Source of the DNA: Planctomyces sp.
GTDB lineage: Bacteria; Planctomycetota; Planctomycetia; Planctomycetales; Planctomycetaceae
DNA: 64,000 nucleotides
Assembly: GCA_005798445.1 (NCBI GenBank)
Contig: SYJG01000071.1
Coordinates: 3,452-67,451 of the forward strand
Direction: 5' to 3'
In this document: in pieces, positions 61,501 through 63,993 of the stretch
Position numbering within the stretch: position 1 is the first letter of the stretch
Layout: every line of letters begins with the position of its first letter
The notes under the pieces: generated by a model
The model's database searches: none
Seen by the model: only the letters and a program-made list of their open reading frames with translations
Told to the model about the DNA's origin: nothing
Program-made: the position numbers and the translations under genes

Positions 61501-63993
61501 CGACTGCGCGAAGACCGTGTTGACCGTGCTCAAGCTCACGTTGGTGATGGCGATGACATCCGCGTCGTTCTCACCGTTGATTTCCGCCGAGGCACCAATC
61601 AGCCGGCCGGTCGGCGTGACAAAAATCACCGAGCCGACAGGATCAGCATTTCCGAAATCACCGCGAACAAAGATCGCGCTCGAAGCGGTGACAATGCCGG
61701 CGACCGTCACGTTGTCGCCCGCGCGCAACTCGACCACACCGCTGCCGGCGAACACTTGCTTGCCAGACCCCACCAACAAGTCCTCGCCCGCCGCCGCCGA
61801 TTCGGCAACGGTCAGCCAGACGGCTCCGCTGGTCGAAGTGACTTGATTGACCTTCAGATTCCCGGCCACTTCGGTGACGAAAATACTCTGCGCCGCGGTG
61901 GCGGTCAGCAGGCCCGTCGCGGTGCCTGTGTCGATTTCCAGATTGTCGAAGAACGATCCGATGCCGCCGGTCTGAGCCGTCAGCACGACGCTGTTCGAGG
62001 TGACGTCGCTCGCCGCGTCGTTGGTGGCATCGACGATCGAATGTTGAGCCGTCAGCGTCACCAGGCCGGCGGTCGAGGTGATGAATCCGACGCGCAAGTC
62101 TCCCTTCCGTTCGGTCAGCGTCACGTTTCCGTTGGTAGTCGCATCGACTTTGCCCGCACCGGTGAGGTCCGTTGTTCCTTCGACGTGAATCGTAGTCGCG
62201 CCGTAATCGCCCGTGATCGCGATGTTGTTTCCTGCCTGAAGCAATCCGAACGCATAGTTGGCGGTGTCGCGCGTTGAACGGCCCGTCGATCCAACTCCGC
62301 GGTTCTCAGGACCGGCAGCGGTCGTGGCAATCGTCGTCGCGCCAAAGCCGGTTCGATTGACTTGAGAGGGTACGCCGACGAGCGGAACTTCGGAAGCCTG
62401 TGTGGTCGGCAGAAGCACGAGTTCGATGTTTCGCCCGGCGATGATCGAATCGCCTCGCACCGTTGTGTCGGTCACGCTGGGGTGCATAATTTCGCCGGTG
62501 AGGCTCATCCGCACATCGAATTTCGCGTTCGCTCGCAGTCCTTCGGGTTGATCCAGGTTGTGCAGCAATTGGGCTTTGAACAAGTTGCCGACACCGGGGT
62601 CTCCGACCGATCCGCCATGCGCGGTGACTTCGAGTGAATTCGAACGGACGAGTCCCGCGCCGCTCGACAGGATGTTGCCGCCGTTGTTGATGAACCGCGA
62701 CTCGCCGAGCGGATTGTCGATCAGGCCCTGCACAATGATGTCGCCCGACCCGGCCTGGACGAATTCCAGCAGCGTGGGCTGCACACCACTCCGCGTCGCC
62801 GTGAAGCTGAAGCCGCTGGCGTTGTCGGCCGCAACGTCCACGGACGGATTGACCAAACTGACGGTGCCGAGAGTGCCAAGCACCAGATCCTTCGTGGAAT
62901 GATTGATAACTGTGCCGAAGCCAAACGTGGGAGCAAATTCAAAATTCGAATTGCCAATCAGCGTGCTCGTGATGAATCGAGCCGATTGCCCGGAGTTGTC
63001 CCAACTATTCACTTTGAGTTGGGTTCCCAAATCCTCGTACATCACGCCGCTGTTGACGGTCGGCGACCCATCCGCTGCGATTTCGAGTCTCGGTCCCGCA
63101 TGCAACAGCACGGCATTGGCATTGAACGTGATTTTGCGCTCGCCGGTGAAGTTGCCGTATTCGTCGTCGCCGCCAATATCCAGAAGTCCGCCGTCGGCGT
63201 CGGCATGTTTGAGGTAGCCGCTGGAATCGATCGTGGTTTCTACGATGAGGTTCTGGGTCGTGAATAATGCCCCGGCCTCGGCAGTCACGAACGCTTGCGT
63301 GAAGGTGTCGTTGTAGGCATCCGCATTCGTTTCACCGCCCAGACTGAAGGAATCGGCCTCGGCACTGGAGTTGGTCAGCAAATGAGGCAATCGCGCGGCC
63401 ACTTCGATGCGATCGGTGCCGGTGATCTTCGCGCCGGATTTCACAAGGACCTCAGTCGGGTCGTAAAAAGAGACGCGAGACTCGGCGGCGTTGATCGCGA
63501 TGAGCGCCGATCCATCTGCCGTGGCAATGGCTTCTTGGCGCAGGCTTGGCAGTTCGGCGACGATGGACACCGTCTTTCCGGTGATGTGAGCCAGTTGTTG
63601 AATCTCGACGGTGTTTGACGCGCGAACATCCGGGGCACCGAGAACGGTTGGAGCCGTCGCATCACCGGCGATTCCCAGACCGTGGCTATCGGCGATGGCT
63701 CGGGACACGGCGTCCACGTTCGACAACGCGCGCACTTGGACATCGTCGTGCGCCGCGATCCGCGCGCTTTGCCCGACACGGGTGTTAGTTTGGTACAAGA
63801 GCGAGGCATTAGCCGTCGCGAGAGCGACGTCGATGACACCACCACCGACGGCGCTGGCTGTCGGACGTGCGCCCAGCGACGTCGTCGCGGTGACGTTGAA
63901 GTTGCCGCCGGCGTTCAAATCCGCAAAGTTTCCGACGACAGCGGTGCTCTGACCCATCGACACGGTGGTCGCGACGGCGTCTTTGATTGCCAC
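31561..63993 (-). CDS. giant mosaic surface/secreted adhesin-like protein (>=10,810 aa in window, N-terminus probably outside the window)
   Basis: One uninterrupted reading frame of 32.4 kb. The first in-window codon called is a GTG, and the frame remains open to base 63999, so the gene likely continues upstream. Recognisable modules are listed as separate features. The stop is at 31561-31563. No lipobox, PEP-CTERM or sortase signal was seen at the C-terminus (...FAGLPSWIDRL). Confidence 0.9.
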   Translation of the reverse strand: MAIKDAVATTVSMGQSTAVVGNFADLNAGGNFNVTATTSLGARPTASAVGGGVIDVALATANASLLYQTNTRVGQSARIAAHDDVQVRALSNVDAVSRAIADSHGLGIAGDATAPTVLGAPDVRASNTVEIQQLAHITGKTVSIVAELPSLRQEAIATADGSALIAINAAESRVSFYDPTEVLVKSGAKITGTDRIEVAARLPHLLTNSSAEADSFSLGGETNADAYNDTFTQAFVTAEAGALFTTQNLIVETTIDSSGYLKHADADGGLLDIGGDDEYGNFTGERKITFNANAVLLHAGPRLEIAADGSPTVNSGVMYEDLGTQLKVNSWDNSGQSARFITSTLIGNSNFEFAPTFGFGTVINHSTKDLVLGTLGTVSLVNPSVDVAADNASGFSFTATRSGVQPTLLEFVQAGSGDIIVQGLIDNPLGESRFINNGGNILSSGAGLVRSNSLEVTAHGGSVGDPGVGNLFKAQLLHNLDQPEGLRANAKFDVRMSLTGEIMHPSVTDTTVRGDSIIAGRNIELVLLPTTQASEVPLVGVPSQVNRTGFGATTIATTAAGPENRGVGSTGRSTRDTANYAFGLLQAGNNIAITGDYGATTIHVEGTTDLTGAGKVDATTNGNVTLTERKGDLRVGFITSTAGLVTLTAQHSIVDATNDAASDVTSNSVVLTAQTGGIGSFFDNLEIDTGTATGLLTATAAQSIFVTEVAGNLKVNQVTSTSGAVWLTVAESAAAGEDLLVGSGKQVFAGSGVVELRAGDNVTVAGIVTASSAIFVRGDFGNADPVGSVIFVTPTGRLIGASAEINGENDADVIAITNVSLSTVNTVFAQSGNDAVFLGSKATPESDTLKSDAGGTLNQMRAAIIVNGGSGTDTLVADDSGDGLANTGSLTGTTLFGLGQSAGGASYQTIEKLIVYMGLAGDTFTVSGVASNVATEVHGNPGDDQLFVTAMQMASAELLVFGDAGADSMNGNSGTHSTRYDGGLGNDMITAGASRDSIYGGNDNDELHGFGGNDLVFGDAGTDTLFGDNGQDELHGGADNDSIVGGDDTDQVFGEAGNDTLNGGAGTDVLFGGTENDVIHGDDGADELQGEQGNDVLAGDAGNDVLFGGEDDDSIAGGDGNDDGFGDAGKDTLNGGTGIDLLQGGTGNDLLQGDTESDILWGGTATFGRAFFDLSSLDLFTVATAAPDSEPMSLNGYVLPRIVPVIVAGLSLDGDINDGKDTIDGGANIDFVFGGGEADLVDGGSDQDYVDGGAGNDEVHGGSGDDVVRGGANDDVLRGNAGIDQLYGDSGADNLFADAGDASGSQVGQRLWGGPGIDYLWAYAPSFDVAANAIEKGDELHGGGGGDWLYGNLRQDLFFGETGNDSIFGDYLRGPGYATNDSADLTGAADSMFGGSGEDKLYGGGGNDLMWGGTDSDWIEGQNGDDIEYGGSGIDLFVLDVSPDYSAPSYDAFDGHGGNEMLRDKADDSATDILLVEGTTANDTITLKQRLAVATDLQVDYQAGPGVVRNLFATWRIAPDSLNPHGRPLVEQFRISGLGGNDNISFVTGTDALDFTSITDRTDDWVGVIDGGPGNDTMRGTNSRDRLDGGFGSDVIYGFAGDDQLWGDGGTGQGNLGDHDILYGGQGHDDLLGGQGTNALFAWSIDPQPAGDTQFGVFVDQAGLFYDDNGDFTGAFDEAGNPIPDGLIDGTALPARTLEDTGLNRVLGGTVQDSLYGGTGLDFLYGNENTDPSRVDRLYNRRGELFTGADGGLAGDEWKAYAKSTDKVWYYGGSNKNDQINVDFVTEPGGVFSGHHLITRLTENSGNFTFDAQVQLDFDALDSNGNRIWNPTDNYFGVALTGSEAAPENGQLTGDATFVLHLDNNAPVSVTVTRNSTLASAGAEQPILANSSRRDLVADINAALKLAGLDQKVSARLAENAISLTRIDDPANANASQFFITNTNEAARSDLHFADDQASALGFVGSQGLTSLLPPEGDFLAIIVDALDGNDRVVVGPTVTKSVWVDAGRGDDRVEYTSGRPILTDLSETKQGFLNNDSQANAFNLNVEVANLLNGKQLFSGLTIDSPTDQDWYKFQLPRIPQVGDSLTVTSLSADDHMTLELRSGSSVLATADARGRINLNGLSLAANTTYYLRLQTTSIPTVYQLAFATPDFAEGVLNNNVQNRAYNLENIAGLGSVNELALHEGDVDWFQFQLAETGTAAEHIDVSVLSGNVVTVALANAAGQVLTALSTALTSTIRLPLKDLVKNTPYFVSVTSAGPVEYELLPAVSTAPGNGQLPLISTVFDTNLSSTLKILRRDILIGGEGNDVLKGGSWEDWIFGGAGNDVLTGGFDRQAQDLMFGGTGNDIFQLLPDDLPLLKTTARSLTAGGQQTYLPTFSDRFDGQAGEDQVLFLGGDLDLNGKPVPDNFAVRYNTLLHRYEATSRVWDTAAQDFVENAKTGGFQQQYAYFTATSVESYVIDTRAGDDEVHADPEYLIDGSEWGIDPEDRPQRAELSNLTIRGGDGNDRLLSGAEADTIDGGNGQDIIRGGGGDDVLLGDAGSDWIAGGPSAVPPDRYEIVSVAGRGGFNDKPELAALLLEDFSPLIATPVQSVAVKSLNFHYGDSGDWYVLPTPPALKKYGSEQSALLMANMISLQFVESRATEIAAAFRGPKLYLYAGQDTDSSSTLDPVPVEQFVGVPDYYFVHAVNLNTRQLTGSTPIVEADLFALKTQIAIFTLKVDDGFETQVTLSPKLRPAISDLISDLQTAVNVAVGLDNGQPKVLVNTVSVNDQRIGFWLITANGQKLAIGIPNTPQGAAATQSLHLSAQSFDVSPTTAGNNPAPEAMGEYTLTFQISQHLGETIDLPASAASVTVTATDSAERPVVIPVGDLNGDGFADFVSSIREQGSATLAHVSFGHGTLTPANLQRVEFTLQLPAPLTSGGSTLMPGDFNGDGIGDVAVGVSGTADAGVYIVLGRHEISGLINVTTNADVILTNASWIDQPLSFANAGRMTGPTDTADDLVIGDPQRDNYHGEVHILQGQTAWGQTGTIYSADFSNVTGTTADLDGFTLNNSPPNATYESGLWHLSEGRSSNGIGYTVTQPAYSTTDDNHSSIVSPGNKILDGFDDNFVQVTLPFAFQFYGQSHTTAFVSSNGLLTFVSGTTAYSNTALTTGLAPAAIAPLWDDWRTDLDELDAVYAATIDDPQHPGSSLYVIRWHLVQHFAGTGNPVEQTADVTFETVLSQFNQSIRFNYVDLQTGDVNVDNGQSATIGIKASGLEGTSFEQVKLNTGAAGYGVLIGSMRSVLFSNPALRPETSHSSPNSLYYGQEESPFGGGNYSTVKANRGTATSPVIDLTNVPADVDLELSFKYLLQTEGNLNAFDRAQVLISQDGGGFSPINVGAHINFSPSAAVKDGFGGVDGLAGAFHMAISPDGTSMYVTGNADNGLAVFTRNPTTGALTFQSVFKDGVGGVDGLAQAFNVAVSSDGKSVYATGYNDNALAIFSRNTTTGALTFQTVLKDGVGGIDGLAGAEGIALSPDGTSVYVTGANESAVAVFARNTTTGLLTLQSVIRDGVNGVDGLAADNEIAISPDGRSIYVTGFSDNAVAVFARDTMTGALTFQSVFKDGVGGVDGLAGTLGIAVSADGRSVYAAGRSDNGVAVFARDTMSGALTFQTVFKDGVNGVDGLSGAYDLTVSPDGRSVYVAGSFESALAVFDRDLTTGALTYQTALKDGVGGVNELSAAVGVTVSPDGRSVYVSGYSDNAVQSFSREVVIESTLRDQSTWLNKTVSLNAYRGSQIQVQFAFDTTDDVNNDFEGLYVDDLVVKSKPLNVSLSSTITFTDPGIPARLGLSVAGADLNGDGFSDLVVTRDDFDIGSVSVVNGAAALTGGTIGARASLVLPSDTLNNSQLLAVGDLDGDGRSDVVLTSESKTYVLFGGLAGPTLFNQLSFSSPGPWVALGDINGDGAADIGRVVPEVTHRLAEDGSSWQHVVGQVFLGGLESRQATWLDVPDIVVETGLPFYSAMLPAQPLFFGGVGNVNGDQLAGKPVADFAIADALGGQQTHVFTGRALQNNPITLPVASTVNRYLFTLAAPLGESTTSVRTGVALNDGAATHSLTQAVGVEGSITNDKISTGRNIGDFNGDRIPDMLIAGTTRSYVLFGPVDFDSVENIADRADVIVWQQDGTDEFGQFHTGLGNLADGQGDIDGDGRSDLVFASVTTLSNSGAIRLNVIYGAAVFPRHLDLSSVGTNFFSLPSESYKVPVQSDAKALILNWNGDAFADILVQGRHDRLTGGTVAFANLYAGTSAHGGSLAGNALSSNRRLGIFEDVSSTSEFVTRHDLDDINGDGLDDLAFSNGTKGVYVLLAPTPSASTITKSLTDTSNVRLAVGRNVSDVTPLGDLNRDGYADFAVSESGTSTGASGFDVQVYYGGTSIATTPQFTLKGSAADSGLAVVLSPVAGDFNGDGLFDLAILESTGQVVIGSPNDTVSRLIPSAGALTQLNSIKQIKPITGTVHVFWNAAHLSENVALSLANTRLSGGGIDGVIDSVMVNPSLDWNRDRVDDLVLGAALVDTFRNGVKQRAGRVYVIEGKQDNLLPSGLQPDILTNRTITGSGEYVVDRATGRPFVFQDEDNDDNGMLDTDFYTLAMGQNERWYRFTTLGDGLPGNYLSVGPEAPAPIRLAAQTNGVLSPSGATFDVSQVNDSQVIVGGSTPGTEVTVGVLEYDLASLLPYLNRTDDLSSVLTVDYSSNVTGFPVAFDSQNYTTGAIAVTSGVVTLGSGTWPDWATRGTLNINGRGYSIASRDSNTQLTLVDSSVTFAGGTTFTLVRPSNLPASLAAGYSATAVVGPELFYRAQLSDMSPTTLWRTDGTVVGTREVKSGITSYTDPTNLTAVANSLFFVSGGSLLEYVTTSDSVRTVSAVSGTVALREAGGRLFFTSANKLMSVLPTTGGTAPSAQEVRGPGSVSFTNVSSLTSVLLKPVAANPAVASIAFISTDIGVAGNAVWALPVATTLATTSQRLISGVAGNTLGNLTESALAGGSLYFTNGSELRLSNGATTSLVKNLGAALDQLTDVNGTLFFRSNNVLHVSDGTTAGTVELKTAEDASVVSPDQLTRFGNKLVFVAGTVVDRELWVFDLTTPSVKPAQLINLNRLRSGIIGSDPQSLVVAGNQLYFIATDGHAGRELWTSDGSADGTHIVSDLTAGSTDSILSGLTAVNGSLFVASSVTANNRTVTDLLTTIGSDLQTVKSQLGGTLTVTALSSEADLLISAADGLSIGTVTSVALSARSGVVTITLSAAVRDALNRGHTRLTLRLALPSAPGVSLSVRPSRAGAATLLGVPKPGAGDTALTVTPSGSGVLVDVYDANGGLRALSHSIVDLRHFDAGTYFVRVHTPQSDTPNPSALPFALTFAAPFAGQTRPIYEEPDHDELRGGDGNDFLQGNSDLDRLFGEEGKDTFRADPFEVRDQSAGQGESSTLLTPPTGEQGPSLKRTLDPVVTFADPSVRLVVAQTLGRTFTKRFDGSLQIAQPIVTSELAEMTRLDLSTRGVTSLSGLEDAINLHELNLNNNHVVDLKPIEKGRKLSGDNVGAASGAAELRTLSFDNNSIRSLAPLLLLHHLQAISADFNPVTDVTPLAELTDLQFLSIDQPPFELFDTTFSGDGKLVVPIGSFEDYGNSIAIQPDGKIVLAGYSYNISTSSDDFAAVRLNADGSLDTSFGNAGKLVIPVGAGSATDIANSVVIQPDGKIVLAGYTNSGGFGDFAIVRLQSNGSLDTSFDGDGKLIVSISSGVKAEAVQSVLVQPDGKLVLAGSSYNGTNDDIAVVRLNVDGSLDNSFDNDGKRIVTIGSNSSDRANSVVRQPDGKLVVAGSSDNDFATARLNSDGSLDTSFGIGGTLGIPIGNSLDLAYSLALQQDGKLVLAGSSNNGLKDDFAVVRLNGDGTLDTSFSGNGKLTLGVRMQSDIAYSVVVQPDGKLVLGGTSYNEGFDSGDVAIVRLNSDGSLDSKFDGDGKLVVSVANNSEEARSSVALQSDGKYVLVGNSFTLSGNADFAVTRLNAGGGLESIAGLRPLTQLEVLSLANNHVGDISPVAGMSKLEQLNLDNNHVGDIQTLTNVRLIDNGDAGYSESGTGWLGDTNMVAFDGDYRLHAPGTSTDTISWTFSGLLAGIYDVEMTWPQHDSRSAAAILDVSPTPVGATSPISLDQRFAPVGTMFDGKSWQNLRTIVTTSINNGTITVTLHVSSDGTVAADAVRLVRRDAPPFPNLVAVDLTGNPLNNAAHEVFLSRDVNGVGRLINNPITAVAFDTSSDRPTFGSQLATQTTTANQPLVVNLTDRPTDPSGHLAQLDFTTDIASVNNAAKFDVLASSDTLTLEAWTRIDAWSSDDFPVFEKWNFATHLGWAVRINKTTGLEFFNEAVFGSKTIVSSGYVPALGEWHHIAVSYSRSANQLQFVVDGKAVLSTAFNQDIASTSGTNLYLGYGFGPGASDKFAIGALDELRVWSSARTPQQIADNRSRRLTGAEGNLIGYWPIDEVSAAGLSDLTASPVPITFNNGAGLSPVLTSENLPVLSISTYTSALTATSDHEAVNVSTQALNFTDQVVVLPPAVAHLAQNLTTEFWLKSESRPDEQVVVSMTNEDSPNEFVISVLGTEVVIDDHGNDVVLFANKNLTDSNWHHVAVVRGAEDGIRLYVDGVLASSAVSPNSPLSVTGLAIGQDQDFPGGDYFSGEALYGQLDELRFWNRALSATEIQSNWQRRLSGTESGLVAYYTFDAPNGTVVTDLTGHYHGTLGDPVGGGEDSRPAAQYTPDTPLIVSEAGLLTRIQGQQLTVTPIGGFTGTARVMVTAHDDLSPFAPPFGRTATQTFHVAVGTDVLTGRVVMDLDGDALVESTEPGIEGRYVFDDLNGDGVRNGIEPASMTDAVGYYDFTAAAQVSSFASGFGVTALHLHLTTDFGSTDESAFGVAVQTNGRIVIAGATGIGGSDGFAIARYDATTTLDPTFDSDGKVTTTFATSSAEAHPIRDLNTVPNTADSSPVSFVQVGAISYFVATSSASGRELWKTDGTVGGNVLVKDIFPGPGNSSPSSLTNVNGTLFFRATDGVNGDELWKSDGTAAGTVLVKDIFPGAESSFLNKLTNVNGLLFFIANEPTNGMELWKSDGTLSGTVLVKNINPAVYSGYGGSFAYGSNPNNLTDVNGTLFFTATDGTKGYELWKSNGLAGDTVIVRDIRSGIPGSYPGNLTNVNGVLFFTANDGAKGVELWKSNGQDAGTVLVNDIFPNAPNSNPLYLTNVNGTLFFSANDGSNGIELWKSDGTTTSLVKNISGGAASSFPSSLTNVNGTLFFSAFELANGAELWKSDGSLSGTVLVKNINQASYSSYYGSYGFGSQPSNLTNINGTLFFTANDGTNGVELWKSDGIPNGAGTALVKNINTAEASGSSPNNLANFNGTLLFQANDGTNGPELWKSDGTTANTLLLKDINAGTNSASPSNPVNVNGTLFFAANDGTGDVELWKSDGTAAGTVRVKDIRAGGSSSPSNLTNINGTLFFAADNGTNGVELWKSDGTQNGTILVKNIFLDFYIGGPFSSSPNNLTNINGTLFFTANHGLYGTELWKSDGTLGGTVLVKNINSTFGASSSPSNLTNVNGSLLFTANDGTNGIELWKSDGTLGGTVLVKDIRPGIGYSGPLGSNPSRLTNVNGTLFFSATDSTGDTELWKSDGTLNGTVLVKNIRPGSSYYGGQLSSVPNKLTNVNGTLFFTATDSAGDNELWKSDGTLNGTVPVKDIRVVGSSAPDNLTNLNGTLFFTANDGTNGVELWKSDGTLGGTSLVKDIDTVLGNSSSPSNLININGTLYFAANNGANGIELWKSNGTPDGTVLVQDFNIGAGSSSSSNLVNVNGSLFFTAKSESFGTELHVLPGASTNPRFKLGGVVIQSDGKSVVAGRSWNGVNYDFALARYGIDGQLDTSFGSGGKVTTPFGSSDDFAASLALQTDGKLVVAGSTWNGTNYDFALARFNTNGTLDTAFDTDGKVTNTFSSTNDYITSVAIQTDGKIVVAGFSELNGTDDFAVARFTMTGALDITFDLDGKLTTAFGSSRDIAEEVLLQTDGRLIVLGSSWNGTNYDFAIARYLPTGVLDTTLDGDGKQTTAFGTGDDFASSGVLRSDGKLIVVGRYRAGENYDLAVARYNSNGGLDSTFDSDGKQVFAFSSGDDAAIDVALQSDGKIVVTGFTNSGGSGDFATARLNSDGTLESYVAEARVVDLGLDRRGTEGQSVTLTSIIRDPHPGGGALTFAWQVNGLPLAGQTTSSLAYTPADNGTYTVTLIATDPDDGNRTYSDPLKLVVSNVAPTVNLGADRVVNEGATVNFDLATIYSDAVAADTALNATSITWHVVASNGQTIADGHGQTFGFTANDQGSYIVTLSLADKDGAAATDTVLVTANNLAPTVTINGTPASSPEGIEISLTSTVADAGPNDSPTQIWTVTKRRAGQPAFVFASATTASLTFTPDDDGTYDVQLSVTDKDAASVTDSKSIIVTNVAPSRVDVGDDQTIDEGTMVTLSSPRTTDAEADLLKLTYQWDVVTSNGIVIPSASTPSLSFVASDNGTYTATLTVRDTDGGITSDTVVITANNVAPRDVTAGGPYFLTEGDSLILTSSATDPAGARDPLSRTWDVNGDGMFGDESIGTVTGSSLTLTWTQLGSLGLNNGSADGVTYNARVRVSDDDAGVTSSPTSAVTIYNAPPTPVINGATFDANGVSQPINEGTLITLSDPPIDPGADTFTYSWVNSRNGVIVASSTQESFTFTPTDDGVYDVDLTVADSDDGVGRLARQLNVVNVAPTLLPAPSQSVGLMQPFTLSGTFTDPGSDPWRGEVDFGDGSVLPLTIDAAARSFTVSYSYSTFPTHAPVVTIFDYDIGGMGGQGSRTYDVSVINPNHAPSVSTVANQETREDTPLTLAVTVGDLETAAGSLQVSVVSLDNATLFPADSFMLMGLTGDRSLRLTPAANRSGIANITVSVRDAGVDDTFGNTDDLTTTTTFQVTVSAVNDPPVRSAGSLGNLFVNEDAPATTLNLGAVDYAPGGGSDEAAQTLTYRVTALPSAVGDVVLNNGTTVVLLNTDYSLTELRGFQLRSLADATGSGLVTFEIRDSGGIANGGVNLLTESLMISVSGTNDAPAGVPDMATAVEAGGVSNMTLGSNATGNVLSNDTDVDTGDTKTVSAVSFGAITGTLGAPLPGSFGSLSLNADGSFFYVVNNDHASVQALRTSSTSLSETFDYTVRDAAGETSAATLVVAITGANDAPVAANNNFTATQNTLLSATSVLTNDSDLDDTSLSAVLVTGPAHGLLMLRGNGTFDYSPFTDYIGPDSFTYTANDGALNSNVATVMLSIIEANEAPTISSIADVFVDEDTTRITLPVTVNDRDTPAGSLLVSATSSNTALIPQSVIGLEGTGSDRLLTLRPVADQFGETMVTITVEDEGGVVRSTSFIVHVDAVNDAPSFAAGSSQMVDEDAGSQSVPNWATAISTGPANEAGQSVDFVVTTNNDSFFSTLPMVAANGTLTFTPAPNANGLAVITVRIHDNGGSSNGGVDLSSPQTFNITVNAVNDVPSFTVGANQIILEDAGSRTVTNWATGISAGPADETAQALNFLVSTNNDSLFSVLPAVSANGTLTYTTFENANGTATVTVRLHDDAGGANTSDPQSFTILVTPVNDAPSFTKGADQSAISGTPQTVLNWVLAASTGPADEAGQSLIEYVVTTDNDAYFSAVPQISPTGTLSYSIASSATGSAVVTVRVRDSGGIDDGGNNTSSAQVFQITSLIAVHYASTDAKVVTATVVAGRLQVKIGGVLQPDVDPALIGSLTISGGTAADSIKLTGLSPSLYSHLQRVSLSGGKGNDTITGSDDFNETIAGGLGDDLLNGGVGGRDRLIETGDVALITLTDTTLAGLGADKLSNIEEASLTGGDTLANKLDASKFSGPVTLSGGSKNDTLLGGKGNDQLFGGLDDDLLNGGIGSNTLDGGDGANDIVQDIGDVNFVLSGNEFTATLNGVGTNSLLGIEQAQLTAGVGTFHNVMDARNWTGRSTLQGLAGNDTLLGGSGNDSLDGGAGLDSLTGGLGNDTYNGGADKDTISEIGINIGSVGLTALVIGLGTDSLIANTVEVVKLVGTSGNDQMSVVTTGATAFKGTVCFAGLDGSDQLSGGTLNDTLIGGAGDDVLIGGLGTDRVEETTDTDVVIDTSTTLPLISAGLGSDQWSGVELVQLTGGSGNNLFDARKSALPVSLVGGDGDDTLLGGVLADNLQGGIGNDFLTGGLGNDILDGGSGTDRLIEVGDVPLITLTDTTLAGLGIDTLTSINEASLTGGDVLANKLDASKFTGNVTLSGGMKNDTLLGGSGNDVLNGGGDDDVLGGGIGNNTLDGGIGTNDLLQEFADLNVTLGGDATNGTLFIGTGTSALVGIENAFLSGIATFNNRMDARNWSGKTTLQGLAGNDTLLGGSGNDSFIGGDGDDSFTGALGDDIYNGGAGIDTVSETGISIGQVGLTALVIGLGTDNLTASTIEVVKLWGTAEADQLSVATVNPFAGRVCFDGLAGNDILTGGGGNDTLRGGVGNDTLDGRAGTLDRVDEFGETNILIDTTSTSQLTSPDLGIDRWAGIEQLLLAGGAGDNLFDARKSAIPVSLVGNAGNDTLLGGSKADSVLGGDDNDVISGGPGTDVLDGGSGFDDVFEKAATNFVVTGAKIVSAITGTDTPTNIERIVLIGGDTANKLDATLASIPVILIGGRGNDMLFGGVGNDTLIGGSRLDLPGADGIDTLTGNAGTDAFQKDASDTINRQVDDTVLDDVFAGLPSWIDRL
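31600..34470 (-). repeat. C-terminal RTX-like GGxGxD region organised as a ~1.19-kb tandem duplication (2 full units plus a partial third)
   Basis: Unit starts: GRDRLIETGDVALITLTDTTLAGLG (about 34340), GTDRLIEVGDVPLITLTDTTLAGLG (about 33146) and GFDDVFEKAATNFVVTG (about 31960). The units are collinear and mostly identical by eye. Confidence 0.8.
34650..37300 (-). repeat. cadherin-like / VCBS-type Ig modules
   Basis: Modules delimited by (V/T)ND(A/P)P boundaries. Examples: NVLSNDTDVDTGDTKTVSAV (VCBS-type), VLTNDSDLDDTSLSAVLV...FDYSP...GPDSFTYTANDG, and three similar VNDAPSF...PNWAT.IS.GPA.E..Q...F modules. Confidence 0.65.
37300..39290 (-). repeat. ~7 PKD-like Ig-fold modules
   Basis: Modules of about 90 aa recur, ending ...DDGTYxVxLxVxDxDxxxxxDxxxIxVxNVAPT, e.g. 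TYTVTLIATDPDDGNRTYSDPLKLVVSNVAPTV. Confidence 0.7.
39330..40320 (-). repeat. delta-60-type repeats, array 2 (~6 units)
   Basis: Unit: G.LDT.FD.DGK.T..F....D.A.S.ALQ.DGK(L/I)VV.G.S.NG.NYDFA(L/I)AR(Y/F). Confidence 0.75.
40330..42960 (-). repeat. 18 tandem ELWxxDG(T) repeats (~49 aa each)
   Basis: Unit: LTNVNGTLFF.A.DG.NG.ELWKSDGT..GTVLVKDI.PG...S.P. I counted 18 ELW(K/H) cores, from GRELWKTDGT (about 42900) to GTELHVLPG (about 40340). Confidence 0.9.
43760..45035 (-). other. two LamG / concanavalin-A-like lectin domains
   Basis: TLEAWTRID...GEWHHIAVSY...LQFVVDGK...GALDELRVWSSARTPQQI and TTEFWLKSE...NWHHVAVVRG...IRLYVDGV...GQLDELRFWNRALSATEIQ are classic Laminin_G_3 signatures. Confidence 0.8.
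45660..45890 (-). repeat. leucine-rich repeats
   Basis: LTQLEVLSLANNHVGDISPVAGMSKLEQLNLDNNHVGDIQTL. Confidence 0.6.
45895..47090 (-). repeat. delta-60-type repeats, array 1 (~7 units)
   Basis: Unit: DGSLDTSFG..GK..I.......D.A.SV.(I/V)QPDGK(I/L)VLAG.S......DFA(I/V)VRLN. Confidence 0.75.
47100..47470 (-). repeat. leucine-rich repeats (internalin-like)
   Basis: LHELNLNNNHVVDLKPI, LRTLSFDNNSIRSLAPL, LQAISADFNPVTDVTPLAELTDLQFLSID. Confidence 0.6.
50290..52560 (-). repeat. long FG-GAP/VCBS (integrin-alpha-like) repeat region
   Basis: More than 12 motifs of the form GD(L/F/I)(N/D)GDG..D, e.g. DLNGDGFSDLVV, GDLDGDGRSDVVL, GDINGDGAADIG, GDFNGDRIPDMLI, GDIDGDGRSDLVF, DDINGDGLDDLAF, GDLNRDGYADFAV, GDFNGDGLFDLAI. 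Confidence 0.8.
52745..53820 (-). repeat. seven tandem ~47-aa repeats (lactonase-type 7-bladed beta-propeller-like)
   Basis: The unit (V/I)SPDG(R/T)SVYV(T/A)G..DNAVAVFARDT.TGALTFQ.VFKDGV.GVDGLAG.. repeats 7 times with a 141-nt period. Confidence 0.75.
54200..54710 (-). other. NIDO (nidogen-like) type domain
   Basis: VTLPFAFQFYGQSHTTAFVSSNGLLTF...IAPLWDDWRTD...VIRW...ATIGIKASG follows the NIDO signature (fpFyG..y..lyVstNGlisF ... iaPfwaD ... vGf). Confidence 0.5.
54930..55410 (-). repeat. FG-GAP/VCBS-type repeats
   Basis: GDLNGDGFADFV, GDFNGDGIGDVAVG and DDLVIGDP motifs. Confidence 0.6.
59000..61250 (-). repeat. RTX (GGxGxD nonapeptide) calcium-binding repeat block 1
   Basis: Dozens of consecutive nonapeptides, e.g. 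GGNDNDELHGFGGNDLVFGDAGTDTLFGDNGQDELHGGADNDSIVGGDDTD. Confidence 0.85.
61250..63993 (-). other. G/T/A/V-rich beta-helix-like region of the giant protein
   Basis: Degenerate repeats such as GNFNVTATTSLGA and VVELRAGDNVTVAGIVTASSAIFVRGD, typical of haemagglutinin/autotransporter-type parallel beta-helices. Assignment by eye only. Confidence 0.3.

Noticed and set aside
31613-63952. Dozens of long plus-strand ORFs (up to 421 aa, for example 59011-60276, 39238-40368, 57748-58854, 45526-46515, 61294-62277) lying inside the giant gene.
   Set aside because: All are antisense to one continuous 10,810-codon frame that has clear domain content. Their products are Arg/Ser/Pro-rich low-complexity strings. 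Repetitive GGN/GAY/ACN codons on the sense strand leave few stops on the antisense strand.
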